From the NCBI GenBank assembly GCA_030613785.1, contig JAUWLF010000010.1:2028-66027 (forward strand): a stretch of 64,000 nt of DNA, read 5' to 3'. This stretch comes from Chloroflexota bacterium (GTDB taxonomy: Bacteria > Chloroflexota > Anaerolineae > UBA7937 > B3-Chlor). Below the pieces are notes generated by a model, which saw only the letters and a program-made list of their open reading frames with translations, had not been told where the DNA came from and did no database searches. Position 1 is the first letter of the stretch, and each line of letters opens with the position of its first letter. Positions 27,865 to 36,661 of the stretch are shown one piece after another. A program made the position numbers and the translations under genes.

Positions 27865-28638
27865 ATGCAGCTGGGGCAAATGAGCCCTGAGGACCTGATC
27901 CGTCCATCTTGGCTGACGCAGTACGAGAAAGAGATAACAGCCATTTGGTGGAAGCTGGTCCGACTAAGCTCAAACCTGTTCATCCTGAAGAAGATGGACT
28001 GCTTCCCCTTCGATCTGTTCGCACCAATCCCACAACCCTTCTGGATCCTAGTCCGCTACAGTCTGTTTGACACAAGTGCGATGACAATCTGGCAAGTAGC
28101 GTTGGATAGCAGTGCGGACGCCTTGACGCTTTGGAAGCTCCGAAACAGCATTGTGCAAAACCTACGGGAGGAGGAATACCGTTCACGACTCAAAGACGTC
28201 CTACGCAGGATCGACTTCGATGGTACCATATCACATCTTGCACCTCGTATAGCCGACCTAAGGAACAAGATCCTAGCCCACATGGACAGGGATTTGAACC
28301 TAGACGCCACTGCAGAGCAGATCAAGCAGATGCCCGTGCACTTGTCCGACTTGCTGCTCCTGCAAGACAAAGTGAACTCCCTCTTCAGCGCACTATGTTT
28401 CGGGCATCAGAGATCAGTCTACCCCATCCAGTATCACCCAGAGGTTCAACATCCGTCCGGTGTGGACAGCCGCCCGGACATTGACAGATTGCTGGACTGC
28501 GTGGCTAGGGAAAGCGGGCTCCTGAACATGCCTGAGCGACAGCGACAAGTCTGGCCTCATTGGCGCAGCAACCTGTCCCCAGATCAGTTGCACGTACTCA
28601 ACGAATGCCGGGTCAGATTCGGCTTGCCAGAGGTATGA
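27865..28638 (+). CDS. HEPN-domain protein, AbiU2-like (tentative)
   Basis: The ATG at 27865 follows GGGAGGA. The protein is predicted all-helical. ADLRNKILAHMDRD gives an R-x5-H motif in the RNxxxAH context typical of Abi-type HEPN proteins. The coding call is solid; the family call is by eye. Confidence 0.55.
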   Translation: MQLGQMSPEDLIRPSWLTQYEKEITAIWWKLVRLSSNLFILKKMDCFPFDLFAPIPQPFWILVRYSLFDTSAMTIWQVALDSSADALTLWKLRNSIVQNLREEEYRSRLKDVLRRIDFDGTISHLAPRIADLRNKILAHMDRDLNLDATAEQIKQMPVHLSDLLLLQDKVNSLFSALCFGHQRSVYPIQYHPEVQHPSGVDSRPDIDRLLDCVARESGLLNMPERQRQVWPHWRSNLSPDQLHVLNECRVRFGLPEV

Positions 28639-28707
28639 AGTGTAAGCGAGGGCGAGGAAGTGCCACTGTGGGAAGAACCCGCCCAATAGATGGAGCACAT
28701 TGTCGCC

Positions 28708-28725
28708 CCGACGCTGAAGCGTCGG
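28708..28725. terminator. short hairpin between convergent HEPN and peroxiredoxin genes
   Basis: CCGACGC, loop tgaa, GCGTCGG, flanked by a further ATGGAG/CTCCAT pairing. No T tract. Confidence 0.3.
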
Positions 28726-28778
28726 CTCCATACATGCCTGCGCCCGAGCCCTAGCCAAGCCTTCAGGCTCGAGACACC

Positions 28779-29231
28779 TTACAGCGCCGCCAGGGCCCTC
28801 TCCACGCTCTTCTTGGCAGTGACCTTCATCTGAGCATCAGCTATTCGTCCGCCCTCATCGATGATGAAGTGACTCCTGATGATGCCCATGTGGGTTTTGC
28901 CGTACATCTTCTTCTCGCCCCAGACCCCGTACATCTCGGCCACCTCGTGATCCGGGTCCGACAGCAGAGTGAAGGGCAGATCGTTCTTGGCCCTGAACTT
29001 GTGGAGCCTTTCGGCCGGATCCGGGCTTACGCCCACAACCACGGCATTCGCAGCTTCGATCTCTTCGGATCCATCACGGAATCCAACAGCCTGGTCCGTT
29101 CAACCCTTGGTCAGAGCCTTGGGATAGAAGTAGAGGATCACCTTCTTACCCCGGAAGTCCGAGAGCTTTACCGGCTCGCCGGCGTCATTCATCAACTCAA
29201 AGTCAGGCGCTCTCTCCCCAACATCCACCAT
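28779..29231 (-). CDS. bcp: BCP/PrxQ-type peroxiredoxin with in-frame TGA at the peroxidatic Cys position (probable selenocysteine)
   Basis: The ORF track reports only 28779..29042. The same frame extended to the ATG at 29231 (RBS GGGAGGTG) reads MVDVGERAPDFELMNDAGEPVKLSDFRGKKVILYFYPKALTKG[TGA]TDQAVGFRD...VVVGVSPD. That is 150 codons in total, a normal BCP length. The TGA at 29100-29102 aligns with the C of the family motif FYPKxxTxGCT. Confidence 0.7.
29065..29099 (-). promoter_or_regulatory. candidate bacterial SECIS hairpins immediately 3' of the UGA
   Basis: The mRNA after UGA is ACGGACCAGGCUGUUGGAUUCCGUGAUGGAUCCGAA. Hairpin A spans +1..+24 (ACGGA-CCA / UGG-au-UCCGU, loop GGCUGU). Hairpin B spans +14..+35 (UUGGAUUC / GGAUCCGA with two G-U pairs, loop CGUGAU). 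Both were hand-folded only. Confidence 0.4.
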
Positions 29232-29833
29232 TTCTTCACCTCCCTCACTTCATTCGCTCACTCGCTACCTCCCCCGGACGGTGCGGTAAGATTGCCCGAG
29301 TTCGAGCAACCACCACCGTAGCGACCTCGTGGCCCAAAGCCGCCCTGAAGAGACCTAACACCTCGTCGTAGCGGTGAGAAAGTTCAGTCATGGTCATCTC
29401 TCCGCTGCGATCATACGCAGTTGCGACGACTGTGACAATCCCCAGCCGCTACAGCTTGGTCAAACACCACAGGAACCCCCTGGCCTGAGACGAGGGTTCC
29501 ATCCCCACCCGAATCCTCCCTGGATCTCAGAGGTGCTCACCACAAGGCGCATGAGGACTGTGAATCCGGCCCTAGCACGGGTGTGTTGACGGCGCTCAAC
29601 ACTCCACCTGGCGTGCTCGCCGATTGACGAGACCTGTCACCTGCCTTGCTGTCCCAAGCAGGCCCCACAGCCGCTCGGCATGCCCTGCGATTACGCCAAT
29701 CTCACTCTACTTCGCCCACCTCACCATTGATTGCGCCAGGCGGCAAGACCCTCGCCCCTTGGTCATACCACGATCATCCTAACCTATCTGCAGAATCCGG
29801 AGCAGCGTTCTCGAGCAGCCTCTCGAGATTTCG

Positions 29834-29862
29834 CTTGCTAAGAGAAGGCAGCGCGTGTATAA
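29834..29862 (+). promoter_or_regulatory. promoter TTGCTA-17-TATAAT upstream of the DUF1232 gene
   Basis: Hexamers are at 29834-29839 and 29857-29862 with a 17-nt spacer. An AAGGAG RBS follows. Confidence 0.5.
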
Positions 29863-29892
29863 TAGTCTGTACCAAGGAGAAAAGCGACGACA

Positions 29893-30318
29893 ATGTCACA
29901 AAAAAACAGGCTACGTGACCCCGACCAGGCAGCCGGTTTGATCGCCGAGATACTCAAGCAGGGCAGGTTGATCCTGCTCCTGTTGCGCGATGGACGTGTG
30001 CCCATCTGGCCGAAGCTCATCATCCCAGCCATCCTGGCATACATCCTCTGGCCCATAGACCTGCTCCCAGACCCAATCCTGGGGCTAGGACAACTGGACG
30101 ACGTGGCCGTTCTTGTCATCGGGCTGAAGGTGTTCCTTGAGCTGTGCCCCGCACACGTCGTCCGGGAGTACCTGGACGATCTATCGTCCGTCGTAGATGG
30201 ATCCTACCGTGTGGTGAAAGAGGAGAGAGACCAAGAAGCGACTCGTCCACAAGCGCTGACCGAGGCCGATGAGAGGCCCTCCGCCGAAGAGTTGCCCGCT
30301 GGCAGCGTCGAGCGGTAG
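29893..30318 (+). CDS. DUF1232 (YkvA-like) membrane protein
   Basis: YILWPIDLLPDPILGLGQLDDVAVLVIGL matches the PxDxxPDxxPxxGxxDD core of DUF1232. Confidence 0.85.
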   Translation: MSQKNRLRDPDQAAGLIAEILKQGRLILLLLRDGRVPIWPKLIIPAILAYILWPIDLLPDPILGLGQLDDVAVLVIGLKVFLELCPAHVVREYLDDLSSVVDGSYRVVKEERDQEATRPQALTEADERPSAEELPAGSVER

Positions 30319-30380
30319 CAACATGGATCTACGGCGTGGTAGCGCCAGAGTCAATCACTTGGAGGAAGGGTACTACTGAA

Positions 30381-31001
30381 ATGACAGAAGGTGAGTTGAG
30401 ACAGCCTGGAGAGGTAGCACGAGGACTGAACATCTCTACCTCAACCCTGCGTCGTTGGGCCAAGGAATTCTACCCGCACCTGTCCCAGACGGCCAGCAGG
30501 GTGGACGCAGCCGGCGTGGGGACGGGAGCCCACCGCCGTTACACCCGCGAAGACGTTGAGTTCCTGGCTCGGGTAAAGGCCTTGCTCGATCAGGGATTGA
30601 CGTACGGTCAGGTCCTCCAACGCCTGAAACACGAGTCTCCTGCCGCGAGAGAAGAGCGGCGACACGAAGAGGACGCATATCCCATGGTGGCGGCGGAGGC
30701 AGAGATGGAAGCGCCTGCCGTTGGCGCCAGCCTGGTGGTGGTCGCCGACGCTTTACGCAACATCGGTGACAACCAGCAGGCGCTCCAGAATAGCTTGCAG
30801 GTCAACCGCAATCTTCTGGGGGTCCTCATCCAGGACAACTTCAACTTGAAGGAAGAAAACGCCAAGCTGAGGGATCGGGTGCTGAAACTGGAGCAATCTA
30901 TGAATCAGCTGAGGCAGGAGAAGGAAACGTCTTCGCTGAGCCAGGAGAAACAGAGGGAACTGGAAAGCAGAAGAGGCTGCCTCAGTTCACCGTCGAGATA
31001 G
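30381..31001 (+). CDS. MerR-type HTH DNA-binding protein with C-terminal coiled coil
   Basis: GEVARGLNISTSTLRRWAKEF...HRRYTREDVEFLARVKALLDQGLTYGQV, followed by a heptad-like C-terminus (LKEENAKLRDRVLKLEQSMNQLRQEKE). The ATG at 30381 follows GGAGGA. Confidence 0.75.
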   Translation: MTEGELRQPGEVARGLNISTSTLRRWAKEFYPHLSQTASRVDAAGVGTGAHRRYTREDVEFLARVKALLDQGLTYGQVLQRLKHESPAAREERRHEEDAYPMVAAEAEMEAPAVGASLVVVADALRNIGDNQQALQNSLQVNRNLLGVLIQDNFNLKEENAKLRDRVLKLEQSMNQLRQEKETSSLSQEKQRELESRRGCLSSPSR

Positions 31002-31100
31002 GTTCTGGGCTTGACCTCCCCTCAGTGTCATAGCCAGACCCTCAAATGCTGTGACGCCTGGTCCAGTTGCCAAGCTCAGCTTGCGCTCTGGTAGGGAGCG

Positions 31101-32111
31101 ATGGTCAGACGGTTTAATCTAGCCGATATCCTTCTGGTGAAGAGGTTACAGGGGCAAGGCGCCTGTCTCGACTTAGAGACGACTCTCCTCGGATCGCCGA
31201 CGCCCCTGACTATGGCCCTCTTGGAGTACGTGTCCCCTAGCGCGGCGCACATCTCCACCTTCGTCGAGAACGACCAGTCGATGGATGGCCGCCGCCAGGG
31301 ATTCCTGCAAACGTGGGATCGCCCCGATGGACAGGGCTGCGATGTAGTATCCATCGCCCCCGCGCTGACGGAATCCCCGGTGATCTCCCAACTCTGGTGC
31401 GACCTGCTGGAGCACGCAATCCGCGTCAAGGGCGAACGAGGGATGCACCGCATCTTTGCCAAGCTCGCCCAGGATGAACCGGGCGTTGATGTCTTCCGCC
31501 AGATCGGTTTCAGCACCTACACGCGTCGAGACACCTTCCGCCTAGACAAGATCCCGCCCAGCCTGGAGCCCACGCGGGACAGATCCCTACGCTCGCTGGA
31601 GAAGGGAGACGACTGGAAGCTACTGCGCCTGCGAAGTTCCCTGACCCCACGCCTCGTGCAAATGGCCGAGGGCGGAATCATAGGGGAGCGAGATCTCCTC
31701 GGTCCCCTGCCCTGGTGGAGAGCTCGGCAGGTGAAGGAGTATGTCTTCGCCGATGACGGTAACTTTCATGCCTACCTGTGCGTCGTCCTGGGGCAAGAGG
31801 GTCACTGGCTAAGAATCATGGTTCAACCCGAATCCCCTATGAATGTCGACAGGCTCCTATCCGAGTCTCTCAGCATGCTGTCGACTTATTCGCCACGGCC
31901 CGTCTATTGCAGTCTGCGGGAGTACCAAGCTGGCGTGCGCGGGGGTCTGGAGGAGCTTGGATTTCAACCTCTGGCCTCCGAACTGCTCATGGTCAAGCAA
32001 ACCACCGTTCGGCTGAGCGTCCCGGTGGACCAGCTCAGGCCTGCTCTGGAGAAAGGGGTGGAGACGGCCGCTCCGATTTCCACAAGCAATAGCTGTGAAG
32101 AGATCTTGTAG
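31101..32111 (+). CDS. hypothetical protein, possibly GNAT-fold
   Basis: 336-aa ORF with coding-like composition. GMHRIFAKLAQDEPGVDVFRQIGF is weakly GNAT-like. No firm family. Confidence 0.6.
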   Translation: MVRRFNLADILLVKRLQGQGACLDLETTLLGSPTPLTMALLEYVSPSAAHISTFVENDQSMDGRRQGFLQTWDRPDGQGCDVVSIAPALTESPVISQLWCDLLEHAIRVKGERGMHRIFAKLAQDEPGVDVFRQIGFSTYTRRDTFRLDKIPPSLEPTRDRSLRSLEKGDDWKLLRLRSSLTPRLVQMAEGGIIGERDLLGPLPWWRARQVKEYVFADDGNFHAYLCVVLGQEGHWLRIMVQPESPMNVDRLLSESLSMLSTYSPRPVYCSLREYQAGVRGGLEELGFQPLASELLMVKQTTVRLSVPVDQLRPALEKGVETAAPISTSNSCEEIL

Positions 32112-32172
32112 ACGTTGACAAACTCGGTGGTGCTCTTCGGGTGCACCGAGTCCTGTGAGGTAAGCTGCATAC

Positions 32173-33684
32173 ATGCAACAGGAGATAACCGACGACCTTG
32201 ATGCCCTTATGGAGGTTCTGCCTCCTCCTCTCCAGAAGAACTTGCAGGAGCTGAACGATGAGGACGAGCTTCTGGAGGTGGTCCTGGATCTGGGACGCCT
32301 ACCGGAGGCCCGTTTCATAGATCGCGAGGTTGTCCTGAGTTCCTCCGACGTGACTGAGGACGACATCGAATACATCGCCTCGCGGATCGGTCGCTTCGGC
32401 GACGACAACCGGGCGGGGATCCAGCGCACCTTGCACCGCATCTCTGCCATCCGCAACCGCGAGGACAAGATTGTGGGCCTGACCTGCCGCGTCGGGAGGG
32501 CGGTCTACGGTACCATCGAGGCAATACGGGACATAGTGGAGTCAGGCAACAGCATGCTCTTGCTCGGGCGGCCCGGCGTGGGTAAGACCACTATGTTGCG
32601 AGAAGTGGCCCGTGTACTGGCCGAGAAGAGAAGAGTAGTCATCGTGGACACCAGTAACGAGATAGCAGGCGATGGCGACATCCCTCACCCAGCCATCGGC
32701 AAAGCACGCCGCATGCAAGTCAAGACGCCGTCTATGCAGCACGCAGTGATGATCGAGGCGGTGGAAAACCACATGCCCGAGGTGATTATCATCGACGAGA
32801 TAGGCACCGAACTCGAGGCGGCCGCTGCGCGCACTATTGCCGAGCGAGGCGTGCAGTTGGTCGCCACGGCCCATGGCAATAGCTTGGACAACCTGATGAT
32901 GAATCCCACACTGGCTGATCTGGTCGGGGGCATCCAGTCAGTCACGCTCAGCGACGAAGAAGCTCGGCGGAGGAGAACTCGCAAGTCCGTATTGGAACGG
33001 AAGGCCCCACCGACCTTCGATGTGATCGTCGAGATCCAAGACTGGGAACGTCTAGTGGTACGCCATGACGTGGCTGACGCGGTTGATGCTATCCTGGAGG
33101 GACGGTTCATACCGCCTCAGATACGGTACCGAGACGAGCAGGGAGAGATACACATCGAGGAGATGGCTTTCCCCGCCGCAGAAGAAGCGCCCCATCTTTC
33201 CCCGCGAGAGACTGTGCGGCGCCGACACCCCCTGGCGATTTACCCCTACGGCATAAGCCAACATCGTCTACAGCAGGTGGCCAAGGGAATGAAGGTCTCC
33301 GTCACCATGGTAGACGACCTGGCCGATGCCGAGGCGGTGTTCACACTCAAGCACCACTATCGCAAGCGCCCGCACGATATCAGTGAAGCCGAGAGAAAAG
33401 GCATTCCTGTCTATGTGCTGCGCAGCAATACCACCACCCAGATGGAAAGCTGCTTGGCTGACATCTTCGGTGTGCGGGTGGATCTTGACCCTCTAGCCCA
33501 CGCAGCGGAGGAGACTCAGAGGGCGATAGAGAAGATCCTGGGCGGGGCGCGTTCCGTGGAGTTGTCCTCGCAGAATTCGTATATCCGTCGCTACCAGCAT
33601 GAGATGGCCCGTCAGGCCAATCTTCACTCGCGCAGCCGAGGCAAGGAGCCTCGCCGAAGAGTGAGGATCTACCCGAAGAACTGA
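32173..33684 (+). CDS. AAA-type ATPase with C-terminal R3H domain (SpoIIIAA/Ycf45-like)
   Basis: Walker A LLGRPGVGKTT, Walker B IIIDEIGT, and the conserved LVATAHG. The C-terminal IRRYQHEMA...SRSRGKEPRRRVRI is an R3H motif. Confidence 0.85.
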   Translation: MQQEITDDLDALMEVLPPPLQKNLQELNDEDELLEVVLDLGRLPEARFIDREVVLSSSDVTEDDIEYIASRIGRFGDDNRAGIQRTLHRISAIRNREDKIVGLTCRVGRAVYGTIEAIRDIVESGNSMLLLGRPGVGKTTMLREVARVLAEKRRVVIVDTSNEIAGDGDIPHPAIGKARRMQVKTPSMQHAVMIEAVENHMPEVIIIDEIGTELEAAAARTIAERGVQLVATAHGNSLDNLMMNPTLADLVGGIQSVTLSDEEARRRRTRKSVLERKAPPTFDVIVEIQDWERLVVRHDVADAVDAILEGRFIPPQIRYRDEQGEIHIEEMAFPAAEEAPHLSPRETVRRRHPLAIYPYGISQHRLQQVAKGMKVSVTMVDDLADAEAVFTLKHHYRKRPHDISEAERKGIPVYVLRSNTTTQMESCLADIFGVRVDLDPLAHAAEETQRAIEKILGGARSVELSSQNSYIRRYQHEMARQANLHSRSRGKEPRRRVRIYPKN

Positions 33685-33701
33685 CTGGGGAATAGAGTGC
33701 A

Positions 33702-34370
33702 TTGTTCATAACCTTCGAGGGGTCAGAAGGCAGCGGAAAGACGACCCAGGCTCGGCTGCTCTACGAGTATCTGCTCGGGCAGGAGTACCCTGTGGTGTTG
33801 ACCCGCGAGCCGGGCGGCACGCGGATCAGCGACAAGGTGCGGGAGATCTTGCTGGACCCAAGCAATACCGAGATACTCCCACGTACGGAGATCTTGCTCT
33901 TCTCGGCGTCACGCGCCCAGTTGAGCGACCGGTTCATTCGCCCCCATCTCCAGCAGAATCACATCGTTATCTGCGACCGATATGCCGATTCCACCATGGC
34001 GTACCAGGGATTCGGGCGCGTCCTTGACTTGCAGACTCTGCGCATCATTACCGACTTCGCCACGGGCGGACTGCGGCCCGATCTGACCATTTATCTGGAT
34101 CTACCTGTGGAGGCTGGCTTGCAACGCAGACGGGGTCTGTCGGCCGGTGGCGCCACAGGGAGATATGGGGGTCAGCTTCCCCTCTTCGATAAGTGGGATC
34201 GGCTGGACGCACAGGAGTTGGACTTCCACCGCCGCGTGCAACGGGGATATGAGGAGTTGATGAAGGTCGAACCAGAGAGATGGCACAAGGTTGACGCCGG
34301 CAGGTCCATAGAGCAGGTTCAGGACGACATCCGGTCCAAGGTATTGCCGCTGTTGGAGGATAGACCATGA
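33702..34370 (+). CDS. tmk: dTMP (thymidylate) kinase
   Basis: FITFEGSEGSGKTTQ, LTREPGGT and DRYADSTMAYQG. The start is TTG. Confidence 0.95.
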   Translation: MFITFEGSEGSGKTTQARLLYEYLLGQEYPVVLTREPGGTRISDKVREILLDPSNTEILPRTEILLFSASRAQLSDRFIRPHLQQNHIVICDRYADSTMAYQGFGRVLDLQTLRIITDFATGGLRPDLTIYLDLPVEAGLQRRRGLSAGGATGRYGGQLPLFDKWDRLDAQELDFHRRVQRGYEELMKVEPERWHKVDAGRSIEQVQDDIRSKVLPLLEDRP

Positions 34371-35443
34371 GAGTGATGTGCACAGGTTCTTCAGGGTCCG
34401 ACCGAATCGGGTACCTTCGAGGCGTGAAAGAACTCGCTGACAAGGCCGACGTGGATCTGGAAGTCTGCAACGTAGGCGACATGATGCTCCAGAGAGCCGG
34501 TGAGATGGGCAGTCCTGTGAGCAGAGAGAAGATCCTGGATCTCCCCCCATCGACCCTGGGATGGTTGCGCGGTACGGTCTTCGAGGAGATAGTCCGTAAG
34601 ACTGACCGGCATGAGAATATGATAATAGCAACCCACACCTGCTTTCGCTGGAAGAAGTTCCTCTCCCCTGCTTTCGACACCTATTATTTGAGGCAACTTG
34701 ACCCCGACTTCTACGTCACGATCACGGATGACTACGATGCCATCAGGCGTCGTCTGGAGGAGACAGACCAGTGGAGAGGCAGGTTGCAACTGTGGGAGAT
34801 CCTGGCATGGCGAGACGAGGAATCCCTCATCACCAAGATACTGGCTCAGAACTTCAGAAAGCCCTACTACCTCATCGCCAGAGAGGAGCCGCCGGACATT
34901 CTCTTCGACCTCATGTTCAGGCCAGCACGCAAGAAAGCCTATCTCAGCTACCCCATCACGGCCATTGAGAAAGACCAGCCTGAGGGACTCGAGGAAGTGC
35001 AAGAGTTCCTGGAGAAACTGAGGAAGTATCTTACCGTCTTCGATCCCTTGGCCATGAAGGAGCTCGAATATGCTAGAAGGCTGTATGAGCAGCAGGACGA
35101 CGAGATAACGCCCGACATCATGAGGACGCTTGAGGATCACACCGTCGCCCGGGACTATCAGTTCATTGATCAGAGCGACATGGTGATAGTCTACTACCCG
35201 GTGAAAGAGCCCTCGCCCGGCGTGCTGTCTGAACTGATCTATGGCTTCAGTCACGACAAAGAGGTGTACATGGTCTTCCCTTACGACATCAGCCCTTTCC
35301 TACAGTTCTATTGCACCAAGATATTCGGGACGGGAGAAGAACTGATCGACTATTTGCAGGAGAGCGGCATCATTGGCTCCGAGGACACTGGAGCATCTGC
35401 ACCACCGTCTGCACGGTCAGAGGTGGAAGGGGAGGGCTGCTGA
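34367..35443 (+). CDS. conserved hypothetical two-domain protein (C-terminal nucleoside 2-deoxyribosyltransferase-like fold?)
   Basis: 358 aa, with an ATGA overlap with tmk, ending 1 nt before darA. No intact Walker A at the N-terminus (CTGSSGSDRIG). The C-terminal IDQSDMVIVYYP...SPGVLSELIYGFSHDKEVYMVFP resembles the NDT-like Rossmann pattern. Confidence 0.7.
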   Translation: MRVMCTGSSGSDRIGYLRGVKELADKADVDLEVCNVGDMMLQRAGEMGSPVSREKILDLPPSTLGWLRGTVFEEIVRKTDRHENMIIATHTCFRWKKFLSPAFDTYYLRQLDPDFYVTITDDYDAIRRRLEETDQWRGRLQLWEILAWRDEESLITKILAQNFRKPYYLIAREEPPDILFDLMFRPARKKAYLSYPITAIEKDQPEGLEEVQEFLEKLRKYLTVFDPLAMKELEYARRLYEQQDDEITPDIMRTLEDHTVARDYQFIDQSDMVIVYYPVKEPSPGVLSELIYGFSHDKEVYMVFPYDISPFLQFYCTKIFGTGEELIDYLQESGIIGSEDTGASAPPSARSEVEGEGC

Positions 35444-35444
35444 C

Positions 35445-35774
35445 ATGAAACTGGTCATCAGTATCGTGCATAGAGAAGACGCCGACGGACTGTTGAAAGC
35501 ACTGACTGATGCGGGGCACAAAGCGACCCTTGTCAGCACGACCGGTGGGTTCCTCAGAGAAGGCAACGCCACCCTCTTCATCGGCACCGACAAGGAGAAA
35601 CTGGAAGAGGTCTTGGGGCTAGTCAGGGACAACTGCCACACCCGGAAACGGTACGTCTCCCCTCTGGTTCCCGTAACCGAGCCATCCGAGTTCTACATAC
35701 CGGAGCCGGTGGAAGTGGAGGTCGGAGGGGCAACGGTCTTCGTCCTTGATGTGGAAAGACACGAGAAGTTCTAG
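35445..35774 (+). CDS. darA: PII-like cyclic-di-AMP receptor DarA/PstA (YaaQ family)
   Basis: MKLVISIVHREDADGLLKALTDAGHKATLVSTTGGFLREGNATLFIG...VFVLDVE. It sits in the tmk neighbourhood, as in Bacillus. The ORF track start at 35373 overlaps the previous gene and is unlikely. Confidence 0.85.
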   Translation: MKLVISIVHREDADGLLKALTDAGHKATLVSTTGGFLREGNATLFIGTDKEKLEEVLGLVRDNCHTRKRYVSPLVPVTEPSEFYIPEPVEVEVGGATVFVLDVERHEKF

Positions 35775-35814
35775 GTGTTGTACCTTGACAACGGCCCAAC
35801 TCCGCACCATCGGC

Positions 35815-36195
35815 CTACAAGTCGTAGTCGTCAAGGCCCTGGTCGCCGAGATCACCCAGAGAGCGTTCTATCTCCTCTGGGTCCTCTCCCGCCTCGAGAC
35901 GACCGACCATCTCATCGAACTCGGGACCCAGGTCCTCGCCTGTCTCTTGGCTCATTGTCCTCATCCAGCGTGCGATACTGCGGGGGTCGTCTTCGTCCAG
36001 ACCCGCCAAGCTGCTGGGATCAGCTAGGCTCTCCAAGCGGCTCTCCTCAGATCTCACCACGGATACCAAAGAGACTAATCGGACCAGGTCTTCGCTCTCG
36101 CACTCAGGGCAGCGGGAGGTGCGAGAGTCGGAGAACCCACGCAAGAGGGTCACCCGGCGTTGACAAGCATTGCAGCGATACTCATAAAGAGGCAT
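35815..36195 (-). CDS. FmdB-family zinc-ribbon protein with acidic tail
   Basis: MPLYEYRCNACQ...RCPECES has the two CxxC pairs in FmdB spacing. Confidence 0.85.
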   Translation of the reverse strand: MPLYEYRCNACQRRVTLLRGFSDSRTSRCPECESEDLVRLVSLVSVVRSEESRLESLADPSSLAGLDEDDPRSIARWMRTMSQETGEDLGPEFDEMVGRLEAGEDPEEIERSLGDLGDQGLDDYDL

Positions 36196-36351
36196 TCAGT
36201 TCACCCTATCTATTATTATATCCTGGACTCTCTCACAAATCAAACTCTCGCGTTCGGTATCTCGTTTCTCAGGAGATGCGGACCGGTGTCCACACCTCCT
36301 TCTCTAGTAGGACTCGGGCCTATGGTGCAAGCCTGAAGGAGATGAACTGCT

Positions 36352-36609
36352 ATGGATCCAGTGCATGTTGGTTTCGGAGGCATAGTCGCTGCCAATCGCA
36401 TCCTAGCCATCCTAGATCCCAATTCACAGCCTGTGAGACGAATAGTGCGCAAGGCGAAGACGGAAGGTATGGCCATCGATATGACATACGGGCGCAAGAC
36501 CAGGACGGTGATCATCCTGGACACAGGCCATATCATCACCGCGGCCGTCCAACCGGAGACCATAGTGGGCAGGCTACAGCAGCCCTTCAAGGGTGCTGAG
36601 GCAGAGTAG
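36352..36609 (+). CDS. remA: RemA/DUF370 family regulator
   Basis: VGFGGIVAANRILAILDPNSQPVRRIVRKAKTEGMAIDMTYGRKTRTVIILDTGHIITAAVQPETI closely parallels Bacillus RemA. It lies directly upstream of gmk, as in Firmicutes. Confidence 0.9.
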   Translation: MDPVHVGFGGIVAANRILAILDPNSQPVRRIVRKAKTEGMAIDMTYGRKTRTVIILDTGHIITAAVQPETIVGRLQQPFKGAEAE

Positions 36610-36661
36610 AAATGGCGACGTTCACCCCTACCCGTCGTGTGTTGGAAGAAGCGTAGCATCT

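Noticed and set aside
28779-29231. An alternative reading of the split peroxiredoxin as an ordinary nonsense pseudogene.
   Set aside because: This is not fully excluded but judged less likely. The only lesion is at the catalytic Cys codon, the RBS and the rest of the frame are intact, and a hairpin follows the UGA. The decisive test is the presence of sel genes.
29245-29391. A 48-codon minus-strand ORF with a GGAGAG RBS just upstream of the peroxiredoxin gene.
   Set aside because: It has no recognisable family, and short ORFs of this length are common by chance at this GC content. It is mentioned only under the dyad finding.
34391-35254. A 287-aa minus-strand ORF opposite the tmk-darA intervening gene.
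   Set aside because: It is a shadow ORF. The plus-strand gene is translationally coupled on both sides and has a more protein-like sequence.
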